DNA from: a bacterium
GTDB lineage: Bacteria; Omnitrophota; Gorgyraeia; Duberdicusellales; 4484-171
NCBI GenBank assembly: GCA_021796115.1
Contig: JAJYOP010000007.1
Location: 6,867-70,866 of the forward strand
DNA: 64,000 nt
Direction: 5' to 3'
A program made the position numbers and the translations under genes. Shown here piece by piece: positions 53,037-62,194 of this stretch. Each line of letters starts with the position of its first letter. Position 1 is the first letter of the stretch. Below the pieces are notes generated by a model. It was not told where the DNA came from. It did no database searches and saw only the letters and a list, made by a program, of their open reading frames with translations.

Positions 53037-54770
53037 ATGAATCCCGAACTGACTCCTACCTATTATAACCGCAAGACAATCATAGTCGTGCTTTCGTTAG
53101 GCTTATTATGTTTTGCAGCTTATGGAACAAGTATCCATAATGGTTTTCTGATGGATGATGCTAAAGCGGTTCAGCAGAATATTTTAATTAGAAACTTATT
53201 ATCTTTCCCACAATATTTTCATCAACCATTCATGAAAGGTTATTATAGGCCAATGACTCAGTTTTCCTTTGCTTTAGATTATCTGATTTGGAAGCTGAAT
53301 CCTTTAGGGTATCATTTAACTTCCATAGCTATACATTTTTTAAATAGCGTTCTATTATTCATCCTGCTGCAAATAATATGGGAAAGATTTGCGCTGTCAT
53401 CAGTGGTATCGTTTTTATTTGCCGTTCATCCTTTAGGCAGTATAGCTGTCAATTATGTCGCTGACAGAAGCAACCTTTTAGGCACGTTATTTATGCTAAG
53501 CGCATTAATAGCATTCTGTGTGGCCTGGAAAGGATACGACAGGAGATTTTACCTGGTAGGTTTCTTATTCTTTATTTGCAGTCTCTTAAGCCACGAAAGC
53601 GCAATTTTATTTCCATTATATTTATTCTGTACCCTCTCACTGCTATCTAAAAAATCCGATACAAAAAAGTTGATAATCCTGACTGGTTTTGCCATTTTTA
53701 TAAGTTTTGGATATTATCTATTGCATATTCTCTTTTTTAACTTTGGCACAAAAATATTCCCCGATATTAAATTGCAGGAATATTTTCGAAATCTGCCCGC
53801 ATTATTTTATTTAATTTTTAAATATCTCTTGCTTGCAATATGGCCCGTCAATATTTGCCTGATTCGTTCTCTTGCCCCGATGCCAACTTTCAGCCCACTA
53901 GGAATCTTTTATATATTTCTAGGCATCGTTTTTATCTCTCTGGTACTAATCAAATTTCGTAAAAACCGAGTCATACTTTTTTCTTTGGCATGGTTTCTTA
54001 TCGGGGTTTTACCGTTATACCGTATGATGTTTGCACGGCCGGAAATGGGGTTGATTATGCAGGATAACTGGATATATTTTGCTTCTATAGGATTGCTGAT
54101 TATTTACGGCCAATGCATTTTATTTTTAAGGAAATTTTTTAAAAAATGGTTAATTTTATTATTGGCACTTTTGTTTTTTTATATAAATCTAGACCTGTTT
54201 AATAATGCGTTATGGAAAAACGGGGAAACGTATTGTTCTTATTGGCTTAAGGTAGTTCCGAAAAATCCACTCGCTTTTAACGGAATGGGGGTATTTTATA
54301 CTGATAGGAAAAATTATAAAAAAGCAAAAGAATATTTCTTAAAAGGAGTATTTTGTTGCAGGAAGATAAATGGTTTAAGTGTGACTAACGAACTAATACC
54401 AGGAAGATTATTGGGGGAACTTTTAAATAACCTGGCTATAGTTTCAGATATGGAAGGCAACCCGGATGAAGCAAGGCGTTATTGCGAGTTGGCAATTATG
54501 AGCTACAATAATAACTCCGACGCCTATTTTTTTCTGGGCAACTTATATTTGCGAAAGAATGATATAGATAAAGCCATTTTATATTATAAAGAGTCAGTGA
54601 AAAAAAATTATTATCGAATGGATGCTCATCGGCAACTAGCGCTACTTTATTCTTTAAAGGGTAATAAAAAAGAAGCAATTAAGGAAGCTATGGCGGCAAT
54701 CTCTCTAGATCCAAACTGTTTTAACGTATTTGGCAATACGCAGGGTGTTCGGAATACAAAGGAAAAATAA
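53037..54770 (+). CDS. GT-C fold glycosyltransferase (PMT/TMTC-like) with C-terminal TPR repeats
   Basis: Start ATG 53037; ~11 TM; first-loop acidic motif FLMDDAKAV; block FALDYLIWKLNPLGYHLTS shared with 57687 paralog; C-terminal TPR-like repeats. Confidence 0.75.
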   Translation: MNPELTPTYYNRKTIIVVLSLGLLCFAAYGTSIHNGFLMDDAKAVQQNILIRNLLSFPQYFHQPFMKGYYRPMTQFSFALDYLIWKLNPLGYHLTSIAIHFLNSVLLFILLQIIWERFALSSVVSFLFAVHPLGSIAVNYVADRSNLLGTLFMLSALIAFCVAWKGYDRRFYLVGFLFFICSLLSHESAILFPLYLFCTLSLLSKKSDTKKLIILTGFAIFISFGYYLLHILFFNFGTKIFPDIKLQEYFRNLPALFYLIFKYLLLAIWPVNICLIRSLAPMPTFSPLGIFYIFLGIVFISLVLIKFRKNRVILFSLAWFLIGVLPLYRMMFARPEMGLIMQDNWIYFASIGLLIIYGQCILFLRKFFKKWLILLLALLFFYINLDLFNNALWKNGETYCSYWLKVVPKNPLAFNGMGVFYTDRKNYKKAKEYFLKGVFCCRKINGLSVTNELIPGRLLGELLNNLAIVSDMEGNPDEARRYCELAIMSYNNNSDAYFFLGNLYLRKNDIDKAILYYKESVKKNYYRMDAHRQLALLYSLKGNKKEAIKEAMAAISLDPNCFNVFGNTQGVRNTKEK

Positions 54771-54771
54771 G

Positions 54772-55539
54772 ATGCTGTGTGGTAAAAAAATTGTTGTGGT
54801 TATGCCGGCATATAATGCCGAAAAAACGCTGGGAAAGACCTATGACAAAATTCCTAAAAATATTGTGGACGAAGTTATAATAGTAGATGATTATAGTACG
54901 GATGAAACAGTCAATATAGCGAAAAAGATTGGTTTAGAACCTTATATCCATGAAAAAAACAAAGGTTATGGTGCGAACCAAAAAACCTGTTATAAACTAG
55001 CAATCAAGCACAATGCTGACATTGTGATAATGCTTCACCCTGATTATCAATATCCCCCCGCATTAATTACTGCAATGGCTAGCTTATTATGTTCCGATAT
55101 GTTCGATATAGTCCTGGGGTCGCGTATACTGGGAGGATATGCTCTTAAAGGAGGTATGCCGTTGTACAAGTATATTTCTAACAGGTTACTTACTTTTGTA
55201 GAGAATTTAATTCTTGGAATAAAACTATCCGAATATCATACAGGTTACAGAGCATTCACAAGAAAAGTGCTTCTGGAGATGCCGTTGCTGAATAATTCCG
55301 ATGATTTCATTTTTGATAACGAAATCATTGTTCAGGCTGTTTATTTTGGTTACAAAATAGGCGAAATAACAGCCCCATCTTCTTATGGGGAAGATTCTTC
55401 CAGCATAAATTTGTGGAGGAGTATTGTTTATGGTTTAGGCGTGTTGTTAACGACGTTAAAATTTTTATTACAAAGTTTGAAAATCGCAAATTTTTCAATA
55501 TTTGATCCAAAAGGCAAAAAGCTTTTGGTGGAAGATTGA
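54772..55539 (+). CDS. GT2 glycosyltransferase, polyprenol-phosphate sugar synthase (Dpm1/GtrB)-like
   Basis: Start ATG 54772; VVMPAYNAEKTL, IVDDYSTDET, HPDYQYPP (variant of DADLQHPP), soluble GT-A domain with C-terminal hydrophobic helix. Confidence 0.8.
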   Translation: MLCGKKIVVVMPAYNAEKTLGKTYDKIPKNIVDEVIIVDDYSTDETVNIAKKIGLEPYIHEKNKGYGANQKTCYKLAIKHNADIVIMLHPDYQYPPALITAMASLLCSDMFDIVLGSRILGGYALKGGMPLYKYISNRLLTFVENLILGIKLSEYHTGYRAFTRKVLLEMPLLNNSDDFIFDNEIIVQAVYFGYKIGEITAPSSYGEDSSSINLWRSIVYGLGVLLTTLKFLLQSLKIANFSIFDPKGKKLLVED

Positions 55540-55540
55540 T

Positions 55541-55753
55541 TTAATCCTCGCTAGATACCCCAGTCTTTAGAGTAGGGATGCTTCGCTTTGGCAGAAAGAT
55601 AAATTTCAGATATCAAAAATACGAGCCTTCGCCGGCCAATATACGGCCAGTGAGGGCTTTATTTTTGATAAAGATTCGTTAATAAGAGAATAATAATTTA
55701 AATCCCTTGCATCTCTGCAAGCTCCGGCGTTCTGTCTCTTTCCGCAAGGGGTT
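55541..55753. repeat. family-2 type hairpin elements after GT2 stop
   Basis: TTAATCCTCGCTAGATACCCCAGTCTTT.. (from 55541) resembles 59473-59546 and 14494-14513. CCTTCGCCGGCCAATATACGGCCAG (55626-55650) resembles 43738-43766. Hairpin AATCCCTTGC (55701-55710) / GCAAGGGGTT (55744-55753). Confidence 0.5.
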
Positions 55754-55991
55754 AAAGACGATAAGCTGGCCCTTGACAAGATTCAGCGTTATTTTTATGC
55801 TGTAAGAAAAAGGAATGTTTTATCGGACAGGATTACCTTTGTTCAGAAAAAACTTTATTGCTTTTTTCATGGATTCGAAAAAGATGATTAGCACTAAGAC
55901 CAGCATGACAATGGTAAGGATGGCGTTTAAATTTCCCTGGAAAGTGTGTTTAGGCAGGTAATTATTTTATGTTATCAAGGCCAGCCACAAA

Positions 55992-56199
55992 TTCTGAACA
56001 TTCCCCGGAATTTAAGGGTATCTTTGCATAACTCTATGTAAAACAAGCGATAACGAAGATAAAAATCTATGATTCTTCAGGGGGCGGAGGCAAACGGATT
56101 TTAGCGGATGCAGACGGATAAAAAACCTATAATTATCCGTATACATCCACAATCATCCGTGACATCCGTCATTAAAAATAAAAAAATGGGGAAGCTCCA
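55992..56199 (+). repeat. 208-bp cassette, copy B (direct repeat of 50086-50293)
   Basis: 205/208 identical to copy A. TATAAT 56128-56133 flanked by CGGAK at 56085, 56095, 56105, 56115 and ATCCR at 56135, 56145, 56155, 56164. Confidence 0.95.
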
Positions 56200-56290
56200 A
56201 TCACAAATTTTCTTGAAAATTACCACAGTTAGTCCTATAATAACCTCCTTATACGCCTGGAGATTTTGTCAAATATTAAAAGGAAGTGCA

Positions 56291-57664
56291 ATGACAGGAG
56301 TAGAGAAGTATTCGCACAAAATTGTAAGAAAAATAAGATTTAGAATACCGGATATTCCCGGAGCCCTTGGCACACTTGCACTTGAGCTGGGATTAGAAGA
56401 CGTAACTTTAGGTGACATAACAAAAATCCAGCTTACCTCTAATTATATCGTAAGAGACATTACGGCCTTCTTTGATGACGAAAGTCATTTCAGCAGGGCC
56501 ATTGCTGCCGTAAAGAAACTCAAAGGTTATAAGATATTGCAGATACAAGATGAAGTTTTGAATTTGCATAAAGGCGGAAAAATTGAGGTGAAGCCCAGGG
56601 TTAAGGTCGACACGCTTACGGATTTGCGCATGATTTATACTCCTGGCGTTGCCCAGGTTTGTAATTATATCGTTGCCAATCCCGGTGCGGCAAAAAAATA
56701 TACTTCGATAGGTAATACTGTTTGTATCGCAACCAATGGCTCAGCGGTTCTCGGGTTGGGCGATATTGGCGTTTTGGCGGCAATGCCGGTGATGGAAGGA
56801 AAGTCTATCATTTTGAATAAAATGGCCAATGTAAGTTGCGTTCCGTTGCTTACAAAAAGCGATGATGCCGATACAATCGTCAATACGCTTAGTTGTGTAG
56901 CAGAAACATTTGGCGCAATCATGATAGAGGACATTAAAGCGCCGCTTTGTTTTGAGGTCGAGAAAAAATTACAGGAAAAAGTAAAAATTCCCGTATTCCA
57001 CGATGATCAACATGGAACAGCAACAGTTATATTGGCGGCTTTAATAAAAGCTCTCGGCATTACTAGGAAAAGAAAAGAAAAAGTAAATATCGTTATAAAC
57101 GGGGCCGGTGCCGCCGGGATCGCCACGACAAAACTGCTTTTAGGATACGGTTTTAAGAATATAACTCTTTGTGATAGGTCCGGGGCAATTTATCAGACAA
57201 GAACCGATGGCATGAACGAATATAAAAAAGAAATAGCAAAACTTACCAATAAACGCAAAGAGCAAGGAAGCCTTGAGAATGTCATAAAAGGCAAGGATAT
57301 ATTTATCGGTTTATCAGGCCCAGGGCTGGTTACGAAAGGTATGGTAAGAAACATGAACAAGCCACCGGTTGTCTTTGCTTTGGCTAATCCCATACCGGAA
57401 ATCTGGCCAAAAGACGCTGGAGAGGCCGGTGCGGCCATAGCTTTAGATGGCAGGACGATAAATAATGCGCTTGTTTTTCCAGGGCTTATCCGCGGGACAC
57501 TTGACGCAAATGCTTCTGCAATAACCGAGAAGATGAAATTTTCTGCCGCCGAAATGATAGCATCGCTGGCCGGCAAAAACGAAATCGTGCCTAACTTTAT
57601 GAACACGGCTGTGCACAAAAATGTGGCTCGGGCTGTATTCTTCTCTGCCGGTAAATCTAAATAG
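56291..57664 (+). CDS. NAD(P)-dependent malic enzyme with N-terminal ACT-like domain
   Basis: Start ATG 56291 behind AAAGGAAG (track start 56108 runs through the repeat). ACT-like IRFRIPDIPGALGTLALELG; then HKGGKIEV..IYTPGVAQVC, GSAVLGLGDIG, MEGKS, FHDDQHGTA, NGAGAAG. Confidence 0.92.
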   Translation: MTGVEKYSHKIVRKIRFRIPDIPGALGTLALELGLEDVTLGDITKIQLTSNYIVRDITAFFDDESHFSRAIAAVKKLKGYKILQIQDEVLNLHKGGKIEVKPRVKVDTLTDLRMIYTPGVAQVCNYIVANPGAAKKYTSIGNTVCIATNGSAVLGLGDIGVLAAMPVMEGKSIILNKMANVSCVPLLTKSDDADTIVNTLSCVAETFGAIMIEDIKAPLCFEVEKKLQEKVKIPVFHDDQHGTATVILAALIKALGITRKRKEKVNIVINGAGAAGIATTKLLLGYGFKNITLCDRSGAIYQTRTDGMNEYKKEIAKLTNKRKEQGSLENVIKGKDIFIGLSGPGLVTKGMVRNMNKPPVVFALANPIPEIWPKDAGEAGAAIALDGRTINNALVFPGLIRGTLDANASAITEKMKFSAAEMIASLAGKNEIVPNFMNTAVHKNVARAVFFSAGKSK

Positions 57665-57686
57665 CGATGATTTACTTTTCTAAGGA

Positions 57687-59468
57687 ATGAAAAAGTTAAA
57701 AATAATACTTTCATTTCTTTTTATCTTATTTTCCGTATTTACTGCATTTTTACCATGTTTAAATAATGGGTTCGTTAACTGGGACGATCCAGATCATGTT
57801 ACCGGTGAATCGGCTGTTCATGTTTTATCGTCGCCGAACTTAAAAGAAATTTTCACCTCCTTTTCTTCAGGCGAATATCAACCCATAACCACCTTATCTT
57901 TTTTATTGGATTATCATGTCTGGAAACTAAATGCATTTGGCTACCATTTGACAAGTTTAATCTTGCATGCAGTAAATTGCTTGCTTATATTTTGGCTGAT
58001 TTTTATCCTGACAAAGGATATTTTTGCCTCGTTAATTACTGCCTTATTATTTGGCATCCATCCATTACAGGTAGAGGCGATTGGCTGGATTACCCAGAGG
58101 AAAACCGAAGTTTATGCGCTTTTTTTCCTAGGGTCTATAATAGCCTATCTTTATTATCTTAAAAATAATTCTGCTGGGAAATTTTACTTTTTTTCGCTGA
58201 TTTTATTTATTCTTTCGCTTTTGTCAAAACCAATGGCTGTGACTTTGCCTATAGTTCTCCTTATGGTGGATTATTTTGAGGGTAGAAAAATAAGTAAAAT
58301 TGTTTTTATTGAAAAAATTCCTTTCTTTATTTTATCATTAATTTTTGCAATAATCGCCATCTATGGGCATAGCCTTGCACGCTTCATTCGGCATGTGGAC
58401 GCACCTAGTTTATTTTCCAATATAATGATTGCTTCGGGTTCAATTATCTTTTATCTGCAAAAACTGTTTTTTCCTGTTAAGCTTTCTGTTTTATATCCCT
58501 ATCACGGATTAGAAAATACCGGCTTACCACTGTTTTTATATTCGTTATTTGCTCTGTTTATCCTGATAATGGTTATTATTTTTTCAGGCCGCTGCACAAA
58601 AAAGATTATTTTTGGAAGCAGCTTTTTTTTGATTACGCTCTTGCCAGTCCTCCAATTTGTGCCTATCGGAGTAGCCATAGTAAATGATCACTATGCCTAT
58701 ATTTCATCCATAGGCATATTTTTTATTATAAGTGAAGGAATTGTCTGGCTGTTTTCTAAAAGGTTAAAAGGCCATAGCCTAGCCAGGTTAATACTTCTAT
58801 CGATTATAACCGCCCTAATCTTTGTTTTATTTTCGTTAACAGGGCAGAGATGCAAAGTATGGAAAAACAGTACAACTTTATGGAACGATGTTTTGAGTAA
58901 TTATCCCAATGCTGACATTGCATATAATAACAGGGGCGCAGAATTTTTGCTGCATAAACAATACGGCATGGCATATGAAGATTTTGTCAAAGCTTTAAGC
59001 ATCAACCCTGATTGCCTGCCTGCTTTTATTAATCTTGCCAGGGTTTATGATTACTCCGGAAAGTATAAAGAGGCGATAGAATACTGTAGCAAGGCATTGG
59101 AGATTGACCCGGCATCTTTAGAGGCATATGAATTACTGAGAGCTTTGTATGATAAAACCGGAAATTATGCTAAAGCGATAAATATTGATAAGGAAATAAT
59201 TAAAAAGTATCCGAATTACGCATTGGGATATTGTAATCTTTGCAGCGCTTATGGTACGGCGGGCAATTTAAAGGAAGCAATAGCAATGTGCAAAAAGTCT
59301 TTGGAAATTAATCCAGATTTAGCTTTGGCGCACATGAAGCTGTCAGTGGCTTATTTTTACACAAAAGAATATGCCAAGTCCATTGAAGAATGCAGGAAGG
59401 CAATGGAGTTAGGATATAATCCTCCCAAAGAATTTTTAGAATCACTCAAACAGGAATCTCCGAAATGA
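57687..59468 (+). CDS. GT-C fold glycosyltransferase (PMT/TMTC-like) with C-terminal TPR repeats, paralog of 53037-54770
   Basis: 593 aa; first-loop FVNWDDPDHV; FLLDYHVWKLNAFGYHLTS; ~11 TM; clear C-terminal TPRs (..AYNNRGAEFL.., ..AIEYCSKALEIDP.., ..AIAMCKKSLEINP..). Confidence 0.8.
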   Translation: MKKLKIILSFLFILFSVFTAFLPCLNNGFVNWDDPDHVTGESAVHVLSSPNLKEIFTSFSSGEYQPITTLSFLLDYHVWKLNAFGYHLTSLILHAVNCLLIFWLIFILTKDIFASLITALLFGIHPLQVEAIGWITQRKTEVYALFFLGSIIAYLYYLKNNSAGKFYFFSLILFILSLLSKPMAVTLPIVLLMVDYFEGRKISKIVFIEKIPFFILSLIFAIIAIYGHSLARFIRHVDAPSLFSNIMIASGSIIFYLQKLFFPVKLSVLYPYHGLENTGLPLFLYSLFALFILIMVIIFSGRCTKKIIFGSSFFLITLLPVLQFVPIGVAIVNDHYAYISSIGIFFIISEGIVWLFSKRLKGHSLARLILLSIITALIFVLFSLTGQRCKVWKNSTTLWNDVLSNYPNADIAYNNRGAEFLLHKQYGMAYEDFVKALSINPDCLPAFINLARVYDYSGKYKEAIEYCSKALEIDPASLEAYELLRALYDKTGNYAKAINIDKEIIKKYPNYALGYCNLCSAYGTAGNLKEAIAMCKKSLEINPDLALAHMKLSVAYFYTKEYAKSIEECRKAMELGYNPPKEFLESLKQESPK

Positions 59469-59471
59469 ATT

Positions 59472-59546
59472 TTTAATCCCTCAAAAGGTATCTAAGAAGG
59501 GCTATCCCTTCCGGAATGGCCAGAGCGATTTCTGCGAGGGATTAAA
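59472..59546. repeat. family-2 hairpin element directly after GT-C stop (11-bp perfect stem, 53-nt loop)
   Basis: TTTAATCCCTC (59472-59482) / GAGGGATTAAA (59536-59546); inner AAGGGCTATCCCTT hairpin; could act as terminator but lacks U-run. Confidence 0.6.
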
Positions 59547-59805
59547 TTCGGGAAAATTCTTAATGCACAACAAATTCGCCTTAAAAATAACCCTATGTTG
59601 CTTTATAATATCCGTCAAGAAATAGATAGCCAGTTCCAGCAGCAGAAAAAAGTCAAAAAAAACACGATACACGCCATTCACAAATTGCTGGATAAAATTA
59701 TATTCATTTCGAAGTATGAAGAAAATCCTTCTTGCTTACTTACTTCGGCATCTTTTTTATTTCTTGAAAAATATTAAAGAGCATTAATCAAAACTTAGAG
59801 GTATA

Positions 59806-60156
59806 ATGATAAAAATAAAAAGAGTTTACGAAACGCCAGCTAAGGATGACGGTTTTCGGGTGTTAGTTGACCGGTTATGGCCGCGGGGAATTTCTAAAGA
59901 AAAAGCAAAAATCGACCTCTGGCTTAAAGAGATAGCACCCAGCGAAGAGCTGCGCAAATGGTTTAGCCATGATTTAAAAAAATGTGCGGCATTCAAGAAG
60001 AAATATTTTACGGAATTAAAATCCAACGAAACAGCTGTTTTGAAAATTTTGGCGCAGGCTAAAAGTAAAACAACCACTTTACTTTATGCCGCAAAGGAAG
60101 AAGGTTGCAATAACGCAACTGTTTTAAAAGAATTTCTTGAAAAGAATGGAAAATAA
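59806..60156 (+). CDS. DUF488 (YeaO-like) protein
   Basis: IKIKRVYE....[38 protein letters not shown]. Confidence 0.85.
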   Translation: MIKIKRVYETPAKDDGFRVLVDRLWPRGISKEKAKIDLWLKEIAPSEELRKWFSHDLKKCAAFKKKYFTELKSNETAVLKILAQAKSKTTTLLYAAKEEGCNNATVLKEFLEKNGK

Positions 60157-60158
60157 TT

Positions 60159-61412
60159 ATGAAGAACGTAGTAATCTTGGGCAGCGGTTTTGCCGGAGTA
60201 AATGCCGCAAAAGCATTGTGCCGGGATAAAAATTTACAGATTGCCATTATTGATGAAAGGAACTATCATCTTTTCCAGCCCTTGCTTTATCAAGTTGCCA
60301 TAGGCGCGCTTAGCGGCTCCGATATAGCTGTGCCGATACGCACAATATTTTCCAAATTTCCCAATGTCAGGGTAGTAAAAGAAAGAGCCAAATCTGTCGA
60401 TTTAAAAAAGAAAAAAGTAGTTACCGACATACAAGAGCTTAGCTATGATTATCTTATAATGTCTTGCGGCGCAAAACATTCATACTTCGGTCATTATGAA
60501 TGGGAAGAGTTTGCCCCGGGATTAAAAACTTTGGAGCAGGCACTTGAGATACGTAACCGGATACTTGAAGCATTTGAAGAAGCAGAAAGACAGTGCGACA
60601 ACAAGTGCATAAACCAATTGCTTACCTTTGCGATTGTCGGAGGAGGGCCTACCGGCGTTGAACTGGCCGGAGCGATTGCCGAAATGGGGCAGCTTATTTT
60701 AAAAGGGGATTTCCGCAATATCGATCCTAAAAAAGTCTGTGTTGTTCTAATCGAAGCCGGGCCGCGCCTTCTTACAGGTTTTTGCGAAAAAATGTCAATA
60801 AGGGCAAAAAAAGATTTAGAAGGTATGGGGGTGGAGGTAAAGCTTAACGCACAGGTTACCAATATTGATAAAAACGGCGTAACCATCGGTAAGGAAAGGA
60901 TAGAGGCGGCTACTGTGCTTTGGGCAGCAGGTGTGGATGCCGCAGCGATAAATAAAACTCTTGAGCTTGAGCTTGACAGGTCCGGCAGGGTTACGGTTGG
61001 CCCTGATTTAAGCATAAAAAATTATCCGGAGGTTTTTGTCATCGGAGACCAGGCGAATTGCCCAGGTAAAAATGGCAAGTCTTTGCCCGGCGTGGCTACT
61101 GTGGCTTTGCAGCAAGGGACTTTGGCCGGAAAAAATATTTTAAGAGATATAAAAGGATTACCCAGAAAAAATTTTAAGTTTTTTGACAAAGGAAGCGCAG
61201 CTACGATTGGCAGAAGCAAAGCCATTGTGGAAGTGGGGCCTTTTAAATTTGGCGGTTTGCTTGCCTGGATTATCTGGCTTTTTATCCATCTTTGGTTTCT
61301 TACAGGATTCGAAAACCGCGTGGTCGTATTATTCAGATGGGCGTGGGTATATCTTCGGCATCGCCACGGCGCCAGGATTATTATGTCACGGCAGTGGCGT
61401 TTCTATGGGTGA
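60159..61412 (+). CDS. ndh: type II NADH dehydrogenase (NDH-2)
   Basis: Two dinucleotide folds VVILGSGFAG and VGGGPTGVELAG; C-terminal membrane-anchoring helices. Confidence 0.88.
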   Translation: MKNVVILGSGFAGVNAAKALCRDKNLQIAIIDERNYHLFQPLLYQVAIGALSGSDIAVPIRTIFSKFPNVRVVKERAKSVDLKKKKVVTDIQELSYDYLIMSCGAKHSYFGHYEWEEFAPGLKTLEQALEIRNRILEAFEEAERQCDNKCINQLLTFAIVGGGPTGVELAGAIAEMGQLILKGDFRNIDPKKVCVVLIEAGPRLLTGFCEKMSIRAKKDLEGMGVEVKLNAQVTNIDKNGVTIGKERIEAATVLWAAGVDAAAINKTLELELDRSGRVTVGPDLSIKNYPEVFVIGDQANCPGKNGKSLPGVATVALQQGTLAGKNILRDIKGLPRKNFKFFDKGSAATIGRSKAIVEVGPFKFGGLLAWIIWLFIHLWFLTGFENRVVVLFRWAWVYLRHRHGARIIMSRQWRFYG

Positions 61413-61442
61413 AGTAAAAAAGCTATGCGATAATGGCATGGC

Positions 61443-62096
61443 TTGGCTTTTGCAAGGAGAAAAATGGGATTGATTTCACTTTTGTTCAGCAATCCGGCGG
61501 AGTTCTTAATTCTTGCGATTATACTGCTTTACTCCGTTATTTTACATGAAGTAGCACACGGTTTTGTGGCGCATCTTTTTGGCGACAATACCGCTCTGTA
61601 TCACGGAAGGCTTACGCTTAATCCCGCGTCTCATCTTGACCCCCTAGGCACGATTATGCTTTTTATCGTGGGTTTTGGCTGGGCCAGGCCGGTACCGGTA
61701 AATTATTCAAGTTTTTCAAGCCGGCGTTTCGGATTGTTCTCCGTGGCTCTTGCCGGTTGCGCAACGAATATACTCATTGCGATAATCGCTTTATTCTTAT
61801 TGCAATTTAATTTCATTAATGCTAATGTAGCACTATCTGCCATATTACTTATCGTTGCCAGGATAAATATTATTCTCGGCGCTTTCAACTTAATTCCCAT
61901 ACCTCCGCTTGACGGCTCAAAAATCCTGATGAGTTTTCTTTCTTACCGCGCGCAGGAAAGCCTGTCAATGCTTGAACCTTACGGATTTTTCATTCTTGCC
62001 ATCCTTCTTTTTACCGGCCTGCTCAACCCGGCAATAGTTTTTATGCAGAATTTGATTTATGCCGGGATTGCTATCTTGTTTGGATTATTTAAATAA
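61443..62096 (+). CDS. site-2 protease family (M50) membrane metalloprotease
   Basis: HEVAHG (HExxH) in TM helix, later NLIPIPPLDGSK; start may be ATG 61464. Confidence 0.8.
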   Translation: MAFARRKMGLISLLFSNPAEFLILAIILLYSVILHEVAHGFVAHLFGDNTALYHGRLTLNPASHLDPLGTIMLFIVGFGWARPVPVNYSSFSSRRFGLFSVALAGCATNILIAIIALFLLQFNFINANVALSAILLIVARINIILGAFNLIPIPPLDGSKILMSFLSYRAQESLSMLEPYGFFILAILLFTGLLNPAIVFMQNLIYAGIAILFGLFK

Positions 62097-62194
62097 TTAC
62101 GTTTTAACGACAAAATCATTTTTGTAAGATTTTTCCACTTTAAGGAAAAAGTAGTATAATTTTATTTATTGGCCTATATTGTTTAGAGCAAACA

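Noticed and set aside
55845-55931. Minus-strand 28-aa TM-like ORF (MLVLVLIIFFESMKKAIKFFLNKGNPVR)
   Set aside because: No RBS or homolog recognisable, and it would be the only minus-strand gene. It may be a relic of a membrane-protein C-terminus, but this is unsupported.
56108-56290. N-terminal 61-aa extension of malic enzyme given by the ORF track (and the equivalent 39-aa ORF at 50203-50322 in copy A)
   Set aside because: The extension is the read-through of the non-coding 208-bp cassette. It has no RBS, and two of the three differences between copies are non-synonymous in this frame. A good RBS precedes ATG 56291.
55541-59546. TTTAATCC(C)TC-type sequences as CRISPR repeats
   Set aside because: Only isolated copies exist, kilobases apart. 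They are each part of a hairpin, with no regular repeat-spacer array and no cas genes.
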